From NCBI GenBank assembly GCA_016186915.1, contig JACPKU010000004.1, positions 67,168-131,167 on the forward strand: 64,000 bases of DNA. The letters are read 5' to 3'. Under the pieces are notes generated by a model, which was not told the DNA's origin, did no database searches, and worked only from the letters and a program-made list of their open reading frames with translations. This stretch comes from Candidatus Doudnabacteria bacterium. Its GTDB lineage: Bacteria > Patescibacteriota > Doudnabacteria > UBA920 > O2-02-FULL-48-8. Position 1 is the first letter of the stretch, and each line of letters opens with the position of its first letter. Below, piece by piece: positions 40,374 through 49,884 of the stretch. The position numbers and the translations under genes were made by a program.

Positions 40374-41011
40374 TGAGAGAAAGACGCAGCAACGTAGTTA
40401 CAGGATCGGAAACTGAAGATCTAGAAACAAAAATTACCAGACTTGAACAAGAGAACGAAAAGCTTAAGTTTGAAAATGAACTATTATTGAGCCGGGCCAC
40501 CAAAGATCCTCTGACTGATTTGAACAATCGTCGCGGTTTACAAGAGGCGGTCCAACTACTAAGGCCAGGCAGTAGTTCTGGAGAAAAAAGGGAGAGTGAC
40601 AATAAAGAAAAGAGCCGTAGACCAATGTCGGTACTATTTTTGGATGTTGATAATTTTAAAGTGATAAATGATGCTTACGGTCACGAGGCTGGCGACCAAG
40701 TACTAAAAGAGATCGCCCAGCATCTCCAGGGGACTATAAGAGGCGGGGATGTTGTAGGGCGCTGGGGCGGAGAGGAGTTTGTTGTGGTGTTTAACAACGC
40801 CTCACCGGACCAAATTCAACAGAAGTATTATAATAAAAATCAACAACGCGCTTTGCTAGAAATCAAAACCTCGCAAGGGGTTATAACTTTCAGCGGAGGC
40901 GTAACCGAATTGGAACCAGATGAAAGTTTGGAACAGGCAGAAGAAAGAGCAGACCGAGCTATGTATGAAGCCAAGCAATCGGGGAAAAACCGAATTGTGT
41001 CTGTGGTATAA
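40373..41011 (+). CDS. Diguanylate cyclase (GGDEF domain)
   Basis: 'DPLT.L.NRR', 'DVDNFK.INDAYGH', 'RWGGEEF'. Confidence 0.92.
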   Translation: MRERRSNVVTGSETEDLETKITRLEQENEKLKFENELLLSRATKDPLTDLNNRRGLQEAVQLLRPGSSSGEKRESDNKEKSRRPMSVLFLDVDNFKVINDAYGHEAGDQVLKEIAQHLQGTIRGGDVVGRWGGEEFVVVFNNASPDQIQQKYYNKNQQRALLEIKTSQGVITFSGGVTELEPDESLEQAEERADRAMYEAKQSGKNRIVSVV

Positions 41012-41025
41012 TATAGATAGTTTTT

Positions 41026-42273
41026 ATGCCTAACCAGAAACAAACACTAAAAGAAAAAAAACATATTGTGATTTTGGGCGGCGGGTTTGCCGGCGTGCGC
41101 GCCGCTTTGGATTTGGGAGAGTATTTTAAGCGTGATGATGCGTATGAAATAATTCTTATAGATAAAAAAGACTATCATCTTTACCATGCCGCACTCTATG
41201 AAGCGGCCACCGCGCAGCACGGATTGGTGGAAGCCAGCCAGGTGAAGCGGGCGGTGGTGATCCCTTTTGGCTCCATTTTGAAACGGAGCAAAGTTAAGCA
41301 TTTCAAAGCTTTTATCGATCACGTCGACCTGGACGATGGCAAGGTCGTGACAGATTCGAGGATTGTTTATTTTGATTATTTAGTGACTGCGATGGGCAGT
41401 GTCAGCGATTATTATGGGATTCAGGGAATGGACAAATATGCTTTCACCTTGAAAAGCCTGGATGACGCGATCATGATACGCAATAGGATTGAAGAGTTGG
41501 TAAGCAAGAAAGACAAAGGAGATATTGTTATCGGGGGCGGCGGGTTTGCCGGCGTGGAATTTGCCGGCGAGGTTTACAATTTACTTAAGCATGAGTGCGA
41601 ATACCATAAGAAAGATTTAGCAAAATTTTCTGTAACAATTTTGGAAGGGTCGAGCAATTATTTGCCTGGCTTGTCAGAAAAAGTTTCGAAATTAGCAGCG
41701 GAGAGACTTGCTAAACAAAATGTGCAGGGAAAATTTTCTTCCATAATCACTGAAGTTGGCAGCAATTACGTTGTGCTCAACGAAAAAGACAGGATTGATT
41801 TCGATTTACTGATCTGGACCGGTGGGGTGCGATCCTGTGTCCTACCCTTTAGTGAAAAATTGGAACAGGACAAGAAAGGCCGGACAGTGGTTAACGAATT
41901 TTTGAACATCAGAAAATATCCAAATGTTTTTATTGTAGGCGATAATGTCTGTTTTATCGACAAATTGACGAAGAGTCCAGCGCCCCAGACTGCGCAAGAA
42001 GCTATCCGGCAAGGGCGGCTGGCCGCGAAAAATATTTACCGATTAGTTCGGGGTAAGGAACTGCTGCCCTACCATGCCGGCCCCAGCAGATATGTGATTC
42101 CGGTTTCCGGCAAATATGCCATCATGTACACAAAAAATTTAATTATCGCAGGTTTTTTTGGCTGGATGATCAGAAGGTTTGTAGATTTGAGATATTTTGT
42201 TTCAGTTTTGACATTTATCAAGGCTTTGAAATTGTGGCTTTCCGAAACAAGCGTATTTATGAAAAATGACTAG
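41026..42273 (+). CDS. Type II NADH dehydrogenase family FAD-dependent oxidoreductase
   Basis: Two GGGFAG motifs, 'GVEFAGE', 'PQTAQEA'. Confidence 0.88.
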   Translation: MPNQKQTLKEKKHIVILGGGFAGVRAALDLGEYFKRDDAYEIILIDKKDYHLYHAALYEAATAQHGLVEASQVKRAVVIPFGSILKRSKVKHFKAFIDHVDLDDGKVVTDSRIVYFDYLVTAMGSVSDYYGIQGMDKYAFTLKSLDDAIMIRNRIEELVSKKDKGDIVIGGGGFAGVEFAGEVYNLLKHECEYHKKDLAKFSVTILEGSSNYLPGLSEKVSKLAAERLAKQNVQGKFSSIITEVGSNYVVLNEKDRIDFDLLIWTGGVRSCVLPFSEKLEQDKKGRTVVNEFLNIRKYPNVFIVGDNVCFIDKLTKSPAPQTAQEAIRQGRLAAKNIYRLVRGKELLPYHAGPSRYVIPVSGKYAIMYTKNLIIAGFFGWMIRRFVDLRYFVSVLTFIKALKLWLSETSVFMKND

Positions 42274-42850
42274 ACCCAGAAGGTCCACCTCGTTTAAGAC
42301 AGATCGCCGCAAGGCGACCGTAAAAAGAGACCGGACGCGGCGGTCTCTAACGGGGTTTACTCTGATAGAGTTGCTTGTAGTTATTGCAATCATCGGGGTT
42401 TTAGCAGCAGTGATTCTAGGCAACATCCGCCGATCCAAAGAACAAGCGTATTATGCCCGGGCCGCGGGCGAGGCCAAAAGCATTGCCGCTGCCATCCAGT
42501 TGTATATCAGTGATAATGGCGACTACCCGGCTGACGCCAACCGCAATCTTCCTCCTGGTCTGGAAGCATATCTGCCCGCAGGCGAGTGGCCCAAAGGTCC
42601 TTGGCCTGGCAGTGTGTATGATTGGGATAATTGGCAGGACCCAGATAATCAATGGCAGCGGATTTACCAAATCAGCATTCGATTTTGCGAAATTGGCGCG
42701 CCTGAAACCTGCCAGTTTCCCAACATTGAGTGGGCAGAGGACTTTGCGGTAAACAGCAGTGTTTATTATTGTTTGGAAGGGGCGTGCCGGCCGCATATCG
42801 GCGAGCCAATTGGTTATCCGGGGAAGTGCATTAATTGTGGCGGTTCTTAG
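42266..42850 (+). CDS. Type IV pilin/pseudopilin
   Basis: G|FTLIELLVVIAIIGVLA prepilin motif. Confidence 0.9.
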   Translation: MTRPRRSTSFKTDRRKATVKRDRTRRSLTGFTLIELLVVIAIIGVLAAVILGNIRRSKEQAYYARAAGEAKSIAAAIQLYISDNGDYPADANRNLPPGLEAYLPAGEWPKGPWPGSVYDWDNWQDPDNQWQRIYQISIRFCEIGAPETCQFPNIEWAEDFAVNSSVYYCLEGACRPHIGEPIGYPGKCINCGGS

Positions 42851-42918
42851 AAGGGGAGATTAAAGCTTTTGGTACAAGGGTTTTTTTGTTTGGGTAAATT
42901 TGCTAAGATTCACAAGCT

Positions 42919-44034
42919 ATGAATCGAGGATTTTGGGATAAGTTAACTAAACCAATAATGATTTTGGCGCCTATGGCCAATGTCACTGATTTTGCATTTC
43001 GTAAAATGATTGCGCAATACGGCAAGCCAGATGTAATGTGGACAGAGTTTGTGTCAGTTGATGGCTTGTGTTCGCCAGGCAAGGAGAGGCTGATGATTGA
43101 TTTGAAATATTCAGAAATTGAACGGCCAATTGTCGCCCAATTTTTTGGGAGCAAACCAGAAAATTTTTATAAGTGTGCTCAACTTGCACAAGAACTTAAA
43201 TTTGACGGCATAGATATCAATATGGGTTGCCCTGACAAGTCAGTGGAAAAGCAAGGCGCTGGGGCGGCACTGATGAAAAACCCAAAATTAGCTAAAGAGA
43301 TAATTTTAGCTACTCAAGAAGGTGCGGGAGAGTTGCCAGTTTCTGTCAAAACACGTCTTGGATACAACAAGATTGATTTTGAAGACTGGCTACCGACATT
43401 GTTTGAGGCCAAACCTGCAGCCGTAATTTTTCATCTGCGAACGCGCAAAGAGATGTCTAAGGTGCCGGCGCATTGGGAAGTGATGCCGGAAATAATGAGC
43501 CTTATTGGGGCTTCCCCCCTTGAAACAAGGGGGGAAAGAGGGGGGTTAGAGGCAAAGCCCTCTGATCTAACTCCCCCTACCCAGCTCTCGGCAGCTGGTG
43601 AGGTAGGGGACTTCTCTTATTCTAAGAGGGGGTTTAGCGCTCCATTGATTCTTGGCAATGGGGATGTGATGAGTTTGCAGCAAGGAATAGAAAAATGCGC
43701 GCAGACAGGTGCAGACGGCGTAATGTTTGGCAGAGGGATTTTTGGCAATCCGTGGTTGTTTAACAGAGAGATTAGGGTTGAGGGATTAGAGATTAGAGAC
43801 AAACTCAAGGTCATGATTGAGCATACCAAGCTGTTCGAAAAGACTTTTATATCCGCCAGAGGCGGACCCGCCTCTGGCGGGAAGAGCTTTGAAGTGATGA
43901 AGAAGCACTACAAAGCCTATGTCAACAATTTCGAGGGCGCGAAGGAATTGCGGGCGGAGTTGATGGAAGGAGCGTCCACAGCCCAAGACGTAGAAAGAAT
44001 AGTCAAGAATTTTTTACTTGCGGATCAAAAGTAG
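42919..44034 (+). CDS. tRNA-dihydrouridine synthase with two repeat-derived inserts
   Basis: 'LAPMA.VTD', 'IDINMGCP', 'SVKTR', 'GNGD'. Confidence 0.93.
   Translation: MNRGFWDKLTKPIMILAPMANVTDFAFRKMIAQYGKPDVMWTEFVSVDGLCSPGKERLMIDLKYSEIERPIVAQFFGSKPENFYKCAQLAQELKFDGIDINMGCPDKSVEKQGAGAALMKNPKLAKEIILATQEGAGELPVSVKTRLGYNKIDFEDWLPTLFEAKPAAVIFHLRTRKEMSKVPAHWEVMPEIMSLIGASPLETRGERGGLEAKPSDLTPPTQLSAAGEVGDFSYSKRGFSAPLILGNGDVMSLQQGIEKCAQTGADGVMFGRGIFGNPWLFNREIRVEGLEIRDKLKVMIEHTKLFEKTFISARGGPASGGKSFEVMKKHYKAYVNNFEGAKELRAELMEGASTAQDVERIVKNFLLADQK
43511..43632. repeat. CCCCT-rich palindromic element, in-frame in dus
   Basis: Encodes SPLETRGERGG...FSYSKRG; shares a 28-nt core with the uvrC copy. Confidence 0.8.
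43852..43881 (+). repeat. 30-nt double-hairpin element, in-frame in dus
   Basis: Encodes SARGGPASGG. Confidence 0.85.
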
Positions 44035-45279
44035 AAGGTCTGAAACATTGGCTTGAGTTTGTCCGGTCATGAGCGTATAGCCCAACTTTTCGGCTAGTCC
44101 GTATCCATCAAAGCTGGCTACATAATCCTGAATATTGAGTCCAAGTTCTTGGGCTTTTTGTTTGACTTGATAATCTACTATCCCGCCTGCAGCCTCGGAG
44201 TTATCCAAGCCATCAGAAGCCAGAAACAGGAAGGTATCTTTTTTTGAAACTTTATTTATGGCCCGCATGGACATATTTAAGTTTCTTCCTCCAGTGCCGC
44301 CGGGCTTGTTAACCACGAGTCCCGGCTCCCCGCCAACCAGAATCACTGAATTGTCAGTGGCCGCCTCAAGCATTTTTTGGACGACGGTATCCATATCGTC
44401 GTACATTTCGTCGCTTAAAATGTGCGTGGTGTAGCCTAATTTTTCGCTTTCCTGTTTCATTGCGTCGAGTGCTAAATGATTGGAAACCAGCACGATGTTG
44501 TGGACCTTCTCGAAATATTTGTCGTCCTTTGGCGTTTCCGTGAGTTTATAATCGCTCAATTTGTATTTCTCAATGATCTTTTTTACATCCTTTATCGTGG
44601 AGTTGTCTTTATAGGTCGGCCCGGAAGCAATCAGATCGTAGTTATCGCCTGGGACATCGGAAAAAATTAATCCGATCACGGTGGCGGGATAAAGCAGACG
44701 GGCCAGGCCTCCGCCCTTAAGCTGTGAAATATGCTTGCGCAGAGTGTTGAGTTCCCGAATACTGCCGCCTGTGGCTAGAAATTCTTCATAGAGCTTTCGG
44801 CCCTGATCACATTCTTCCTTGGGCCAGCAAAGCAGAGCTGATCCCCCACCCGAAACAATCACGATTATCAAATCATCTGCGGTTGAGCCTTGACTCATTT
44901 CATACACATTTCTGGACAGCTTGACGTTTTCGTCGCTGGGCCTGGGGTGAGAGCCTTTATACATTTTTATGTTTTCGCAGGCGATCGGTTGGATGCCAAT
45001 GGCGATTCCCGTATTGATTCTTTTGCCCAAGATTTGGTCCAAAGCAAAAGCCGCCTTGCAGGAAGCCTTGCCAAAGCCGATGACTTTGATGGTTTTGAAA
45101 TTTTTAAGCTCAATTTTTTGATCTTTTACTACCAATGTATCGCCCTGCTCAATCCGAACGTTCTGCATAACTACGTCTTCGGAATCAATCGCGGACAAAC
45201 CGGCATTGGCGATGGTGAGTGCATCTTTGCGGGCTGGGGTGGTAGCAAGCGGGATGAAATTTTGAAACCAATTTTTCAT
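44014..45279 (-). CDS. Glycerate 2-kinase family (DUF4147/MOFRL)
   Basis: 'GFGKA', 'SGGGSAL', 'KGGGLA', 'SDVPGD', 'GGRN'. Confidence 0.9.
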   Translation of the reverse strand: MKNWFQNFIPLATTPARKDALTIANAGLSAIDSEDVVMQNVRIEQGDTLVVKDQKIELKNFKTIKVIGFGKASCKAAFALDQILGKRINTGIAIGIQPIACENIKMYKGSHPRPSDENVKLSRNVYEMSQGSTADDLIIVIVSGGGSALLCWPKEECDQGRKLYEEFLATGGSIRELNTLRKHISQLKGGGLARLLYPATVIGLIFSDVPGDNYDLIASGPTYKDNSTIKDVKKIIEKYKLSDYKLTETPKDDKYFEKVHNIVLVSNHLALDAMKQESEKLGYTTHILSDEMYDDMDTVVQKMLEAATDNSVILVGGEPGLVVNKPGGTGGRNLNMSMRAINKVSKKDTFLFLASDGLDNSEAAGGIVDYQVKQKAQELGLNIQDYVASFDGYGLAEKLGYTLMTGQTQANVSDLLLLIRK

Positions 45280-45327
45280 AAAACTGATTATATGGTAACA
45301 TTAGTTTACTTAATTAACCAGAAATTT

Positions 45328-46068
45328 ATGTTGCAATTTATTATCATCGTCATTGCCGCAATAATTTTAATCAGCATTCGCCAAGTCAACCAATACCAGC
45401 GGGGAGTGATGTTTACTTTAGGAAGGTTTACGGGAATCAAGGATCCTGGCTGGAGACTGGTGTTCCCCATATTCCAAAGCATGCGCAAAGTGGACATTCG
45501 CGTCAAAGCCGTGGACGTGCCGGATCAAAAAGCCATTACCAAAGACAATATTTCCGTGGGCGTGAATGCCGTGATTTATTACAAAGTTTCAGACGCGGGC
45601 AAAGCGATTTTGGAAGTGGAAGATTTTTTCTTTGCCGTGTCCCAGCTTGCCCAAACCACCATGCGCAACGTGGTCGGCGAAGTTGAACTGGACGAACTAT
45701 TGGCGCAAAGAAATAAAATTTCTGAACGGATAAGAGAAATTATTGATGAAGCATCTGATCCTTGGGGGATTAAAGTGGATAATGTGGAACTCAAAGACGT
45801 GGTGTTGCCGGCGGACATGGAAAGAACAATTGCCAAACAGGCCGAAGCAGAGCGGGAAAAGCGGGCAGTGATTATCAAAGCCCAAGGAGAAGTAGAAGCA
45901 GCAGAAAATATGGCCAAGGCCGCCCAAATGCTTTCCAGCCAAGCCGGGGCTTTGCACCTGCGCACTTTGCAAACCTTGAATGATTTAAGTTCAGACCAAT
46001 CAAACACGGTGGTGTTTGCCGTGCCCTTGGAAATCCTGCGGGCTTTTGAGCGAATGAATAAGAAATAA
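45328..46068 (+). CDS. SPFH/slipin (stomatin-like) protein
   Basis: 'ITKDN', 'LAQTT.R', 'QAEAERE.RA'; start placed at ATG 45328. Confidence 0.92.
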   Translation: MLQFIIIVIAAIILISIRQVNQYQRGVMFTLGRFTGIKDPGWRLVFPIFQSMRKVDIRVKAVDVPDQKAITKDNISVGVNAVIYYKVSDAGKAILEVEDFFFAVSQLAQTTMRNVVGEVELDELLAQRNKISERIREIIDEASDPWGIKVDNVELKDVVLPADMERTIAKQAEAEREKRAVIIKAQGEVEAAENMAKAAQMLSSQAGALHLRTLQTLNDLSSDQSNTVVFAVPLEILRAFERMNKK

Positions 46069-46118
46069 GCAGCAAGCATTGGAAGGCAAAAAAACCAGGG
46101 AATCACCCTGGTTTTTCT

Positions 46119-46301
46119 TTATGCTGCTTCGGATTCTTGATCGTGGTTTCCTATCAGCATTTCTAGCTGTTCTTTCCTGGCCCACAAACTGTTATATTTT
46201 TTCGTACCCCTTTTACCCTTGGCGTCTAGGTTGATGATCTGTTGGTTTATCTCTTCCAGTTCTCCTTGGAGCGCTTCGGGTGAAAATTCGTTTTCTCTCA
46301 T
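46119..46301 (-). CDS. Small hypothetical coiled-coil protein
   Basis: ORF between topA and a bidirectional terminator (about 46089-46116). Confidence 0.55.
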   Translation of the reverse strand: MRENEFSPEALQGELEEINQQIINLDAKGKRGTKKYNSLWARKEQLEMLIGNHDQESEAA

Positions 46302-46335
46302 ATTTTTTAGAGATTACTAATTGTTTATAGTATAA

Positions 46336-48600
46336 TCATTCTTTTGTAAAATCACAATCTTTATTACTGCATTTGATAACCCCGTCTTTGGCAAAGATTA
46401 ATAGATCGCCAGACTTCGGGCATTTTTCGCCCGTGGGTTTAGTGGGCAAACTGAATTTACATTTTGGATAGCGAGAGCAGGAATAAAAGATGCCGCGCTT
46501 GCTTCTTCGCTCCACCAGCTCGCCTTCTCCGCAAACCGGGCAAGCAACGCCTGTGGTTTTTTCAATTTTTTTGATGTTCTTGCATTCCGGATAGCCGGTG
46601 CAGCCGAGGAAAGACCCGAACCGGCCAAACTTTACGGCCATGGGGCGGCCGCATTTGTCGCAAACCTCGCCTTTGTTCTCATCAATGATTTTTTGCTCCT
46701 CTGGCATGGGCCTGGTGAACTTGCATTCCGGATAGTTGGAGCAGGCAATGAATTTGCCAAACCGCCCGAATTTTATAACCAGCGGATGCCCGGAGTCTGG
46801 GCATTTTTCATCCAGGGTTTCCACGTGTTTTTCCACGGTTGTTTCTTTTTGCTTTAGGTTCTCATGAAAAGGGCTATAAAATTCTTTTATCACCGGCACC
46901 CATTGCTTGTTGCCTGCGGCAATTTCGTCCAAGCTCTCTTCCATGCCTGCGGTAAATTGGTAATCTACGATTTTGGGAAAATGCTCCACCAAAATATCAT
47001 TGACGATGAATCCCATTTCCGAAGGATGAAATTTTTTGTCAATCTTATGCACGTAGTCGCGGTCCTGGATGGTGCTGATTGTCGGCGCATAAGTGGAAGG
47101 CCGGCCAATGCCATATTCTTCCATTGTCTTAATTAAGCTTGCATCAGTGAACCTTGGGGGCGGCTGGGTAAAATGCTGTTTGGGCAAAATCTTGACCACT
47201 TTGGGTTTATCGCCTTTATTAAGTTGGGGCAATAATCCCTCTTCCTCCTCTTCGCCATTTTCTTCGTCTTTGCCTTCCAGATAGACTTTCATAAAGCCGT
47301 CAAATTTTATAATCTGCCCAGTGGAGCGGAAAATGTAAGCTTTTTCTTTCCCGCCGGAGGCGGGTCCGCCTTTGGCGGATATTTCCGTGTCCACTGAAGT
47401 TGCGTCAAACAAAGCCTCAGGCATTTGCGTGGCGATTGTTCGTTTCCAGATAAGCTCATAAAGCCGATATTGATTGCGGTCCAAATACTGTTTTATGCTT
47501 TCCGGATCCCGAGTTAGATCTGTGGGCCGGATGGCTTCGTGGGCTTCCTGGGCGTTTTTGCTTTTCGATGCGAACTGGCGCGGCCGGTCCAAAAGATAAT
47601 CCTTGCCATAACGCTGACTGATCGCAGACTTGGCTGATTGCAGGGCAAAGTCAGAAAGATTAACTGAATCAGTACGCATATAGGTAATTAAGCCCGTGGC
47701 TTCATCTTCCCCCAATTCCACGCCTTCGTAGAGTTGCTGGGCGTACATCATGGTTTGTTTGGCACTAAAGCCCAATTTACGGGCGGCTTCCTGCTGCATG
47801 GTGGAGGTGATAAAAGGCGCGGCCGGCGTTCTTTTGACTTCTTTTTTGTTGACCTCAACTACTTGGGCAGGATAGCTGGCAAGATCGGATAAAATCTTTT
47901 TGGCTTGGATCTCGTTTTTGATTGCCAGTTTGTCCAAATTTTTTCCATCAACTTTCGCAAGCTTGCCTAAGAAATTGCTGTCTTTATGGAAAGTGGCGAT
48001 AATGCTCCAGTATTCTTCAGGCTTGAATTTTTGGATTTCTTTTTCGCGTTCTACAATTAAGCGCACTGCCACTGACTGCACGCGGCCAGCGGAAAGCCCG
48101 CGTTTGACTTTTTTCCACAAGAAAGGCGAGAGTTCATAGCCGACTAATCGATCAAGCACGCGCCTTGCTTGCTGGGCATCCACCAAGTGCAGATCTAACT
48201 CACGCGGATTTTTTAAAGCCTCCTCAATCGCCGACTTAGTAATTTCGTGAAAAGCAATGCGTTTTATTTTGGGATTTGGGATTTGGGATTTGGGATTTTC
48301 CAAGCCGAGTGCTTGGATAAGGTGCCACGCGATGGCTTCGCCTTCGCGGTCTTCGTCTGTGGCGAGGATTATTTCTGGCGCGTCTTTAGCTAATTTTTTA
48401 AGCTCTGCGATTTTCTTTTTGGCTTTGGGCGGGACCAGGTAAGTCGGTTCAAAATCATGCTCAATATCAATCCCCATTTTGCTGGTGGGCAAATCGCGGA
48501 TATGGCCAAACGAGGCCTCCACCTTGTATTGACCATCCAGAAAACGCGAAATGGTTTTCGCCTTGGTGGGAGATTCAACGATGACTAAAGATTTAGGCAT
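46336..48600 (-). CDS. topA: DNA topoisomerase I
   Basis: 'IVESPTKAKTI', 'DEDREGE', 'SAGRVQS', 'ITYMRTD', zinc ribbons. Confidence 0.98.
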   Translation of the reverse strand: MPKSLVIVESPTKAKTISRFLDGQYKVEASFGHIRDLPTSKMGIDIEHDFEPTYLVPPKAKKKIAELKKLAKDAPEIILATDEDREGEAIAWHLIQALGLENPKSQIPNPKIKRIAFHEITKSAIEEALKNPRELDLHLVDAQQARRVLDRLVGYELSPFLWKKVKRGLSAGRVQSVAVRLIVEREKEIQKFKPEEYWSIIATFHKDSNFLGKLAKVDGKNLDKLAIKNEIQAKKILSDLASYPAQVVEVNKKEVKRTPAAPFITSTMQQEAARKLGFSAKQTMMYAQQLYEGVELGEDEATGLITYMRTDSVNLSDFALQSAKSAISQRYGKDYLLDRPRQFASKSKNAQEAHEAIRPTDLTRDPESIKQYLDRNQYRLYELIWKRTIATQMPEALFDATSVDTEISAKGGPASGGKEKAYIFRSTGQIIKFDGFMKVYLEGKDEENGEEEEEGLLPQLNKGDKPKVVKILPKQHFTQPPPRFTDASLIKTMEEYGIGRPSTYAPTISTIQDRDYVHKIDKKFHPSEMGFIVNDILVEHFPKIVDYQFTAGMEESLDEIAAGNKQWVPVIKEFYSPFHENLKQKETTVEKHVETLDEKCPDSGHPLVIKFGRFGKFIACSNYPECKFTRPMPEEQKIIDENKGEVCDKCGRPMAVKFGRFGSFLGCTGYPECKNIKKIEKTTGVACPVCGEGELVERRSKRGIFYSCSRYPKCKFSLPTKPTGEKCPKSGDLLIFAKDGVIKCSNKDCDFTKE
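47350..47379 (-). repeat. 30-nt double-hairpin element, in-frame in topA
   Basis: Encodes [10 protein letters not shown]. Confidence 0.85.
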
Positions 48601-48731
48601 AAATCCGAATATCTAATATCGAAATCCGAAACAATATCTAAATTCAAAGCACAAATATCTAAACGTTTTGAATTTTGTATTTTGAAATTCGAATTTGTTT
48701 CGTGCTTCGAATTTCGTGCTTCGGATTTAAC

Positions 48732-49880
48732 TTAATCATTCTTATCTAAAAGAATAACACTTGTCAAACCTAGTTTCCCTAAAATCGCCAAAGTTTCTGT
48801 TTCAGTTGCCCACCTTGGACAGCAATAATTATCAATGATTACAGGTTTTAATTCGATTTTTTTAATTTCCGGTCCAGTCATTGTCCCGCCTATCTCTGAT
48901 GGGCGAGGCTCGCCCACATTCGTGGGCGGCATCGTCATAGTTATCGTTACGGTTAAGCCTTCCCTTGTATCAATGCTCCACATTTGGTCAAATACGAAAT
49001 TGCCTAAAGAATAAAAGATCCATTTGCCTTGGTACTGTTCAATGGTCTGGATCCAATGGGGGTGGTGGCCAATGACAAGGTCAGCGCCGGCATCTATGGC
49101 ACCATGGGCAAAGTCAATTTGTTTTTGGTTCGGTTCCCTGGTATATTCAGCGCCGGCATGCATGCTGACAATTACGATATCAGCATAGTGCCCTTTTATA
49201 TCTAAAATATCTTGCCTTAGTCGATCTAAATTATTGAAGTCCGAAATTTGCGTGTGTGTGCTTCTGCCTGCCTCGCCGGCAGGCGGGCCGCCGTCGTTGT
49301 GAGCGGCGTAACTGTAGGAAAGAAAGCCAAACACAATCCCATTTTTCTCTATAATTGCTGCGGCGTGTTCAGTCGCAGGTTTTTTGGTGCCAGATGCTTG
49401 GATATTGTATTGATTCAAAAGATCAATAGTGTATTCTAGGCTTTCAATGCCATAATCCAAGGAATGATTGTTAGCAGTTGAGAGCACGTCAAAGCCAGCA
49501 AACGATAATCCACGTGCTACGTCTGGATGTGCGCCAAATACCAAGCCTTGCCTGGCTCGGATAGCATTTTGTGCAAACTGGGACTCTAAATTAGCAAACG
49601 CGATATCAGCTTGCTGGACCTGCGAGGCAACATTTAGGAACGGCAGATTAGGGTTATTGGCTTTCAAGATTTCTTGGTCCACGTTGCGCGAGAGCATAAT
49701 GTCGCCGGCGAAAAACAGGGTGGTAGGTTTTGACGGTGCGATCTGGTTAAATGTCTGCTGGATTTCGGGACTAGTTTGTTGTGGCCTTGATACAATGACG
49801 ATAACGATGACAATGACCGCTGCAATCAAAATTCCAGAAAATGTTTTTAATATTTTTGTTCGGTCAATAGTCATTGTCAT
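48732..49880 (-). CDS. CapA family metallophosphoesterase with two hairpin inserts
   Basis: 'GDIML', 'ANNH', 'GHHPH', 'YSLGNF'. Confidence 0.92.
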   Translation of the reverse strand: MTMTIDRTKILKTFSGILIAAVIVIVIVIVSRPQQTSPEIQQTFNQIAPSKPTTLFFAGDIMLSRNVDQEILKANNPNLPFLNVASQVQQADIAFANLESQFAQNAIRARQGLVFGAHPDVARGLSFAGFDVLSTANNHSLDYGIESLEYTIDLLNQYNIQASGTKKPATEHAAAIIEKNGIVFGFLSYSYAAHNDGGPPAGEAGRSTHTQISDFNNLDRLRQDILDIKGHYADIVIVSMHAGAEYTREPNQKQIDFAHGAIDAGADLVIGHHPHWIQTIEQYQGKWIFYSLGNFVFDQMWSIDTREGLTVTITMTMPPTNVGEPRPSEIGGTMTGPEIKKIELKPVIIDNYCCPRWATETETLAILGKLGLTSVILLDKND

Positions 49881-49884
49881 TTAG

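Noticed and set aside
44890-45327. N-terminal extension of the SPFH ORF (likewise the longer starts of folD, hrcA, der, yqeY, GIY-YIG and 26305)
   Set aside because: The extensions overlap other genes, operators or repeats; family similarity begins at the later ATG.
48601-48728. Possible CRISPR array (also 32049-32133 and 39060-39108)
   Set aside because: Degenerate 7-9-mers without constant repeats or unique spacers; no cas genes in the window.
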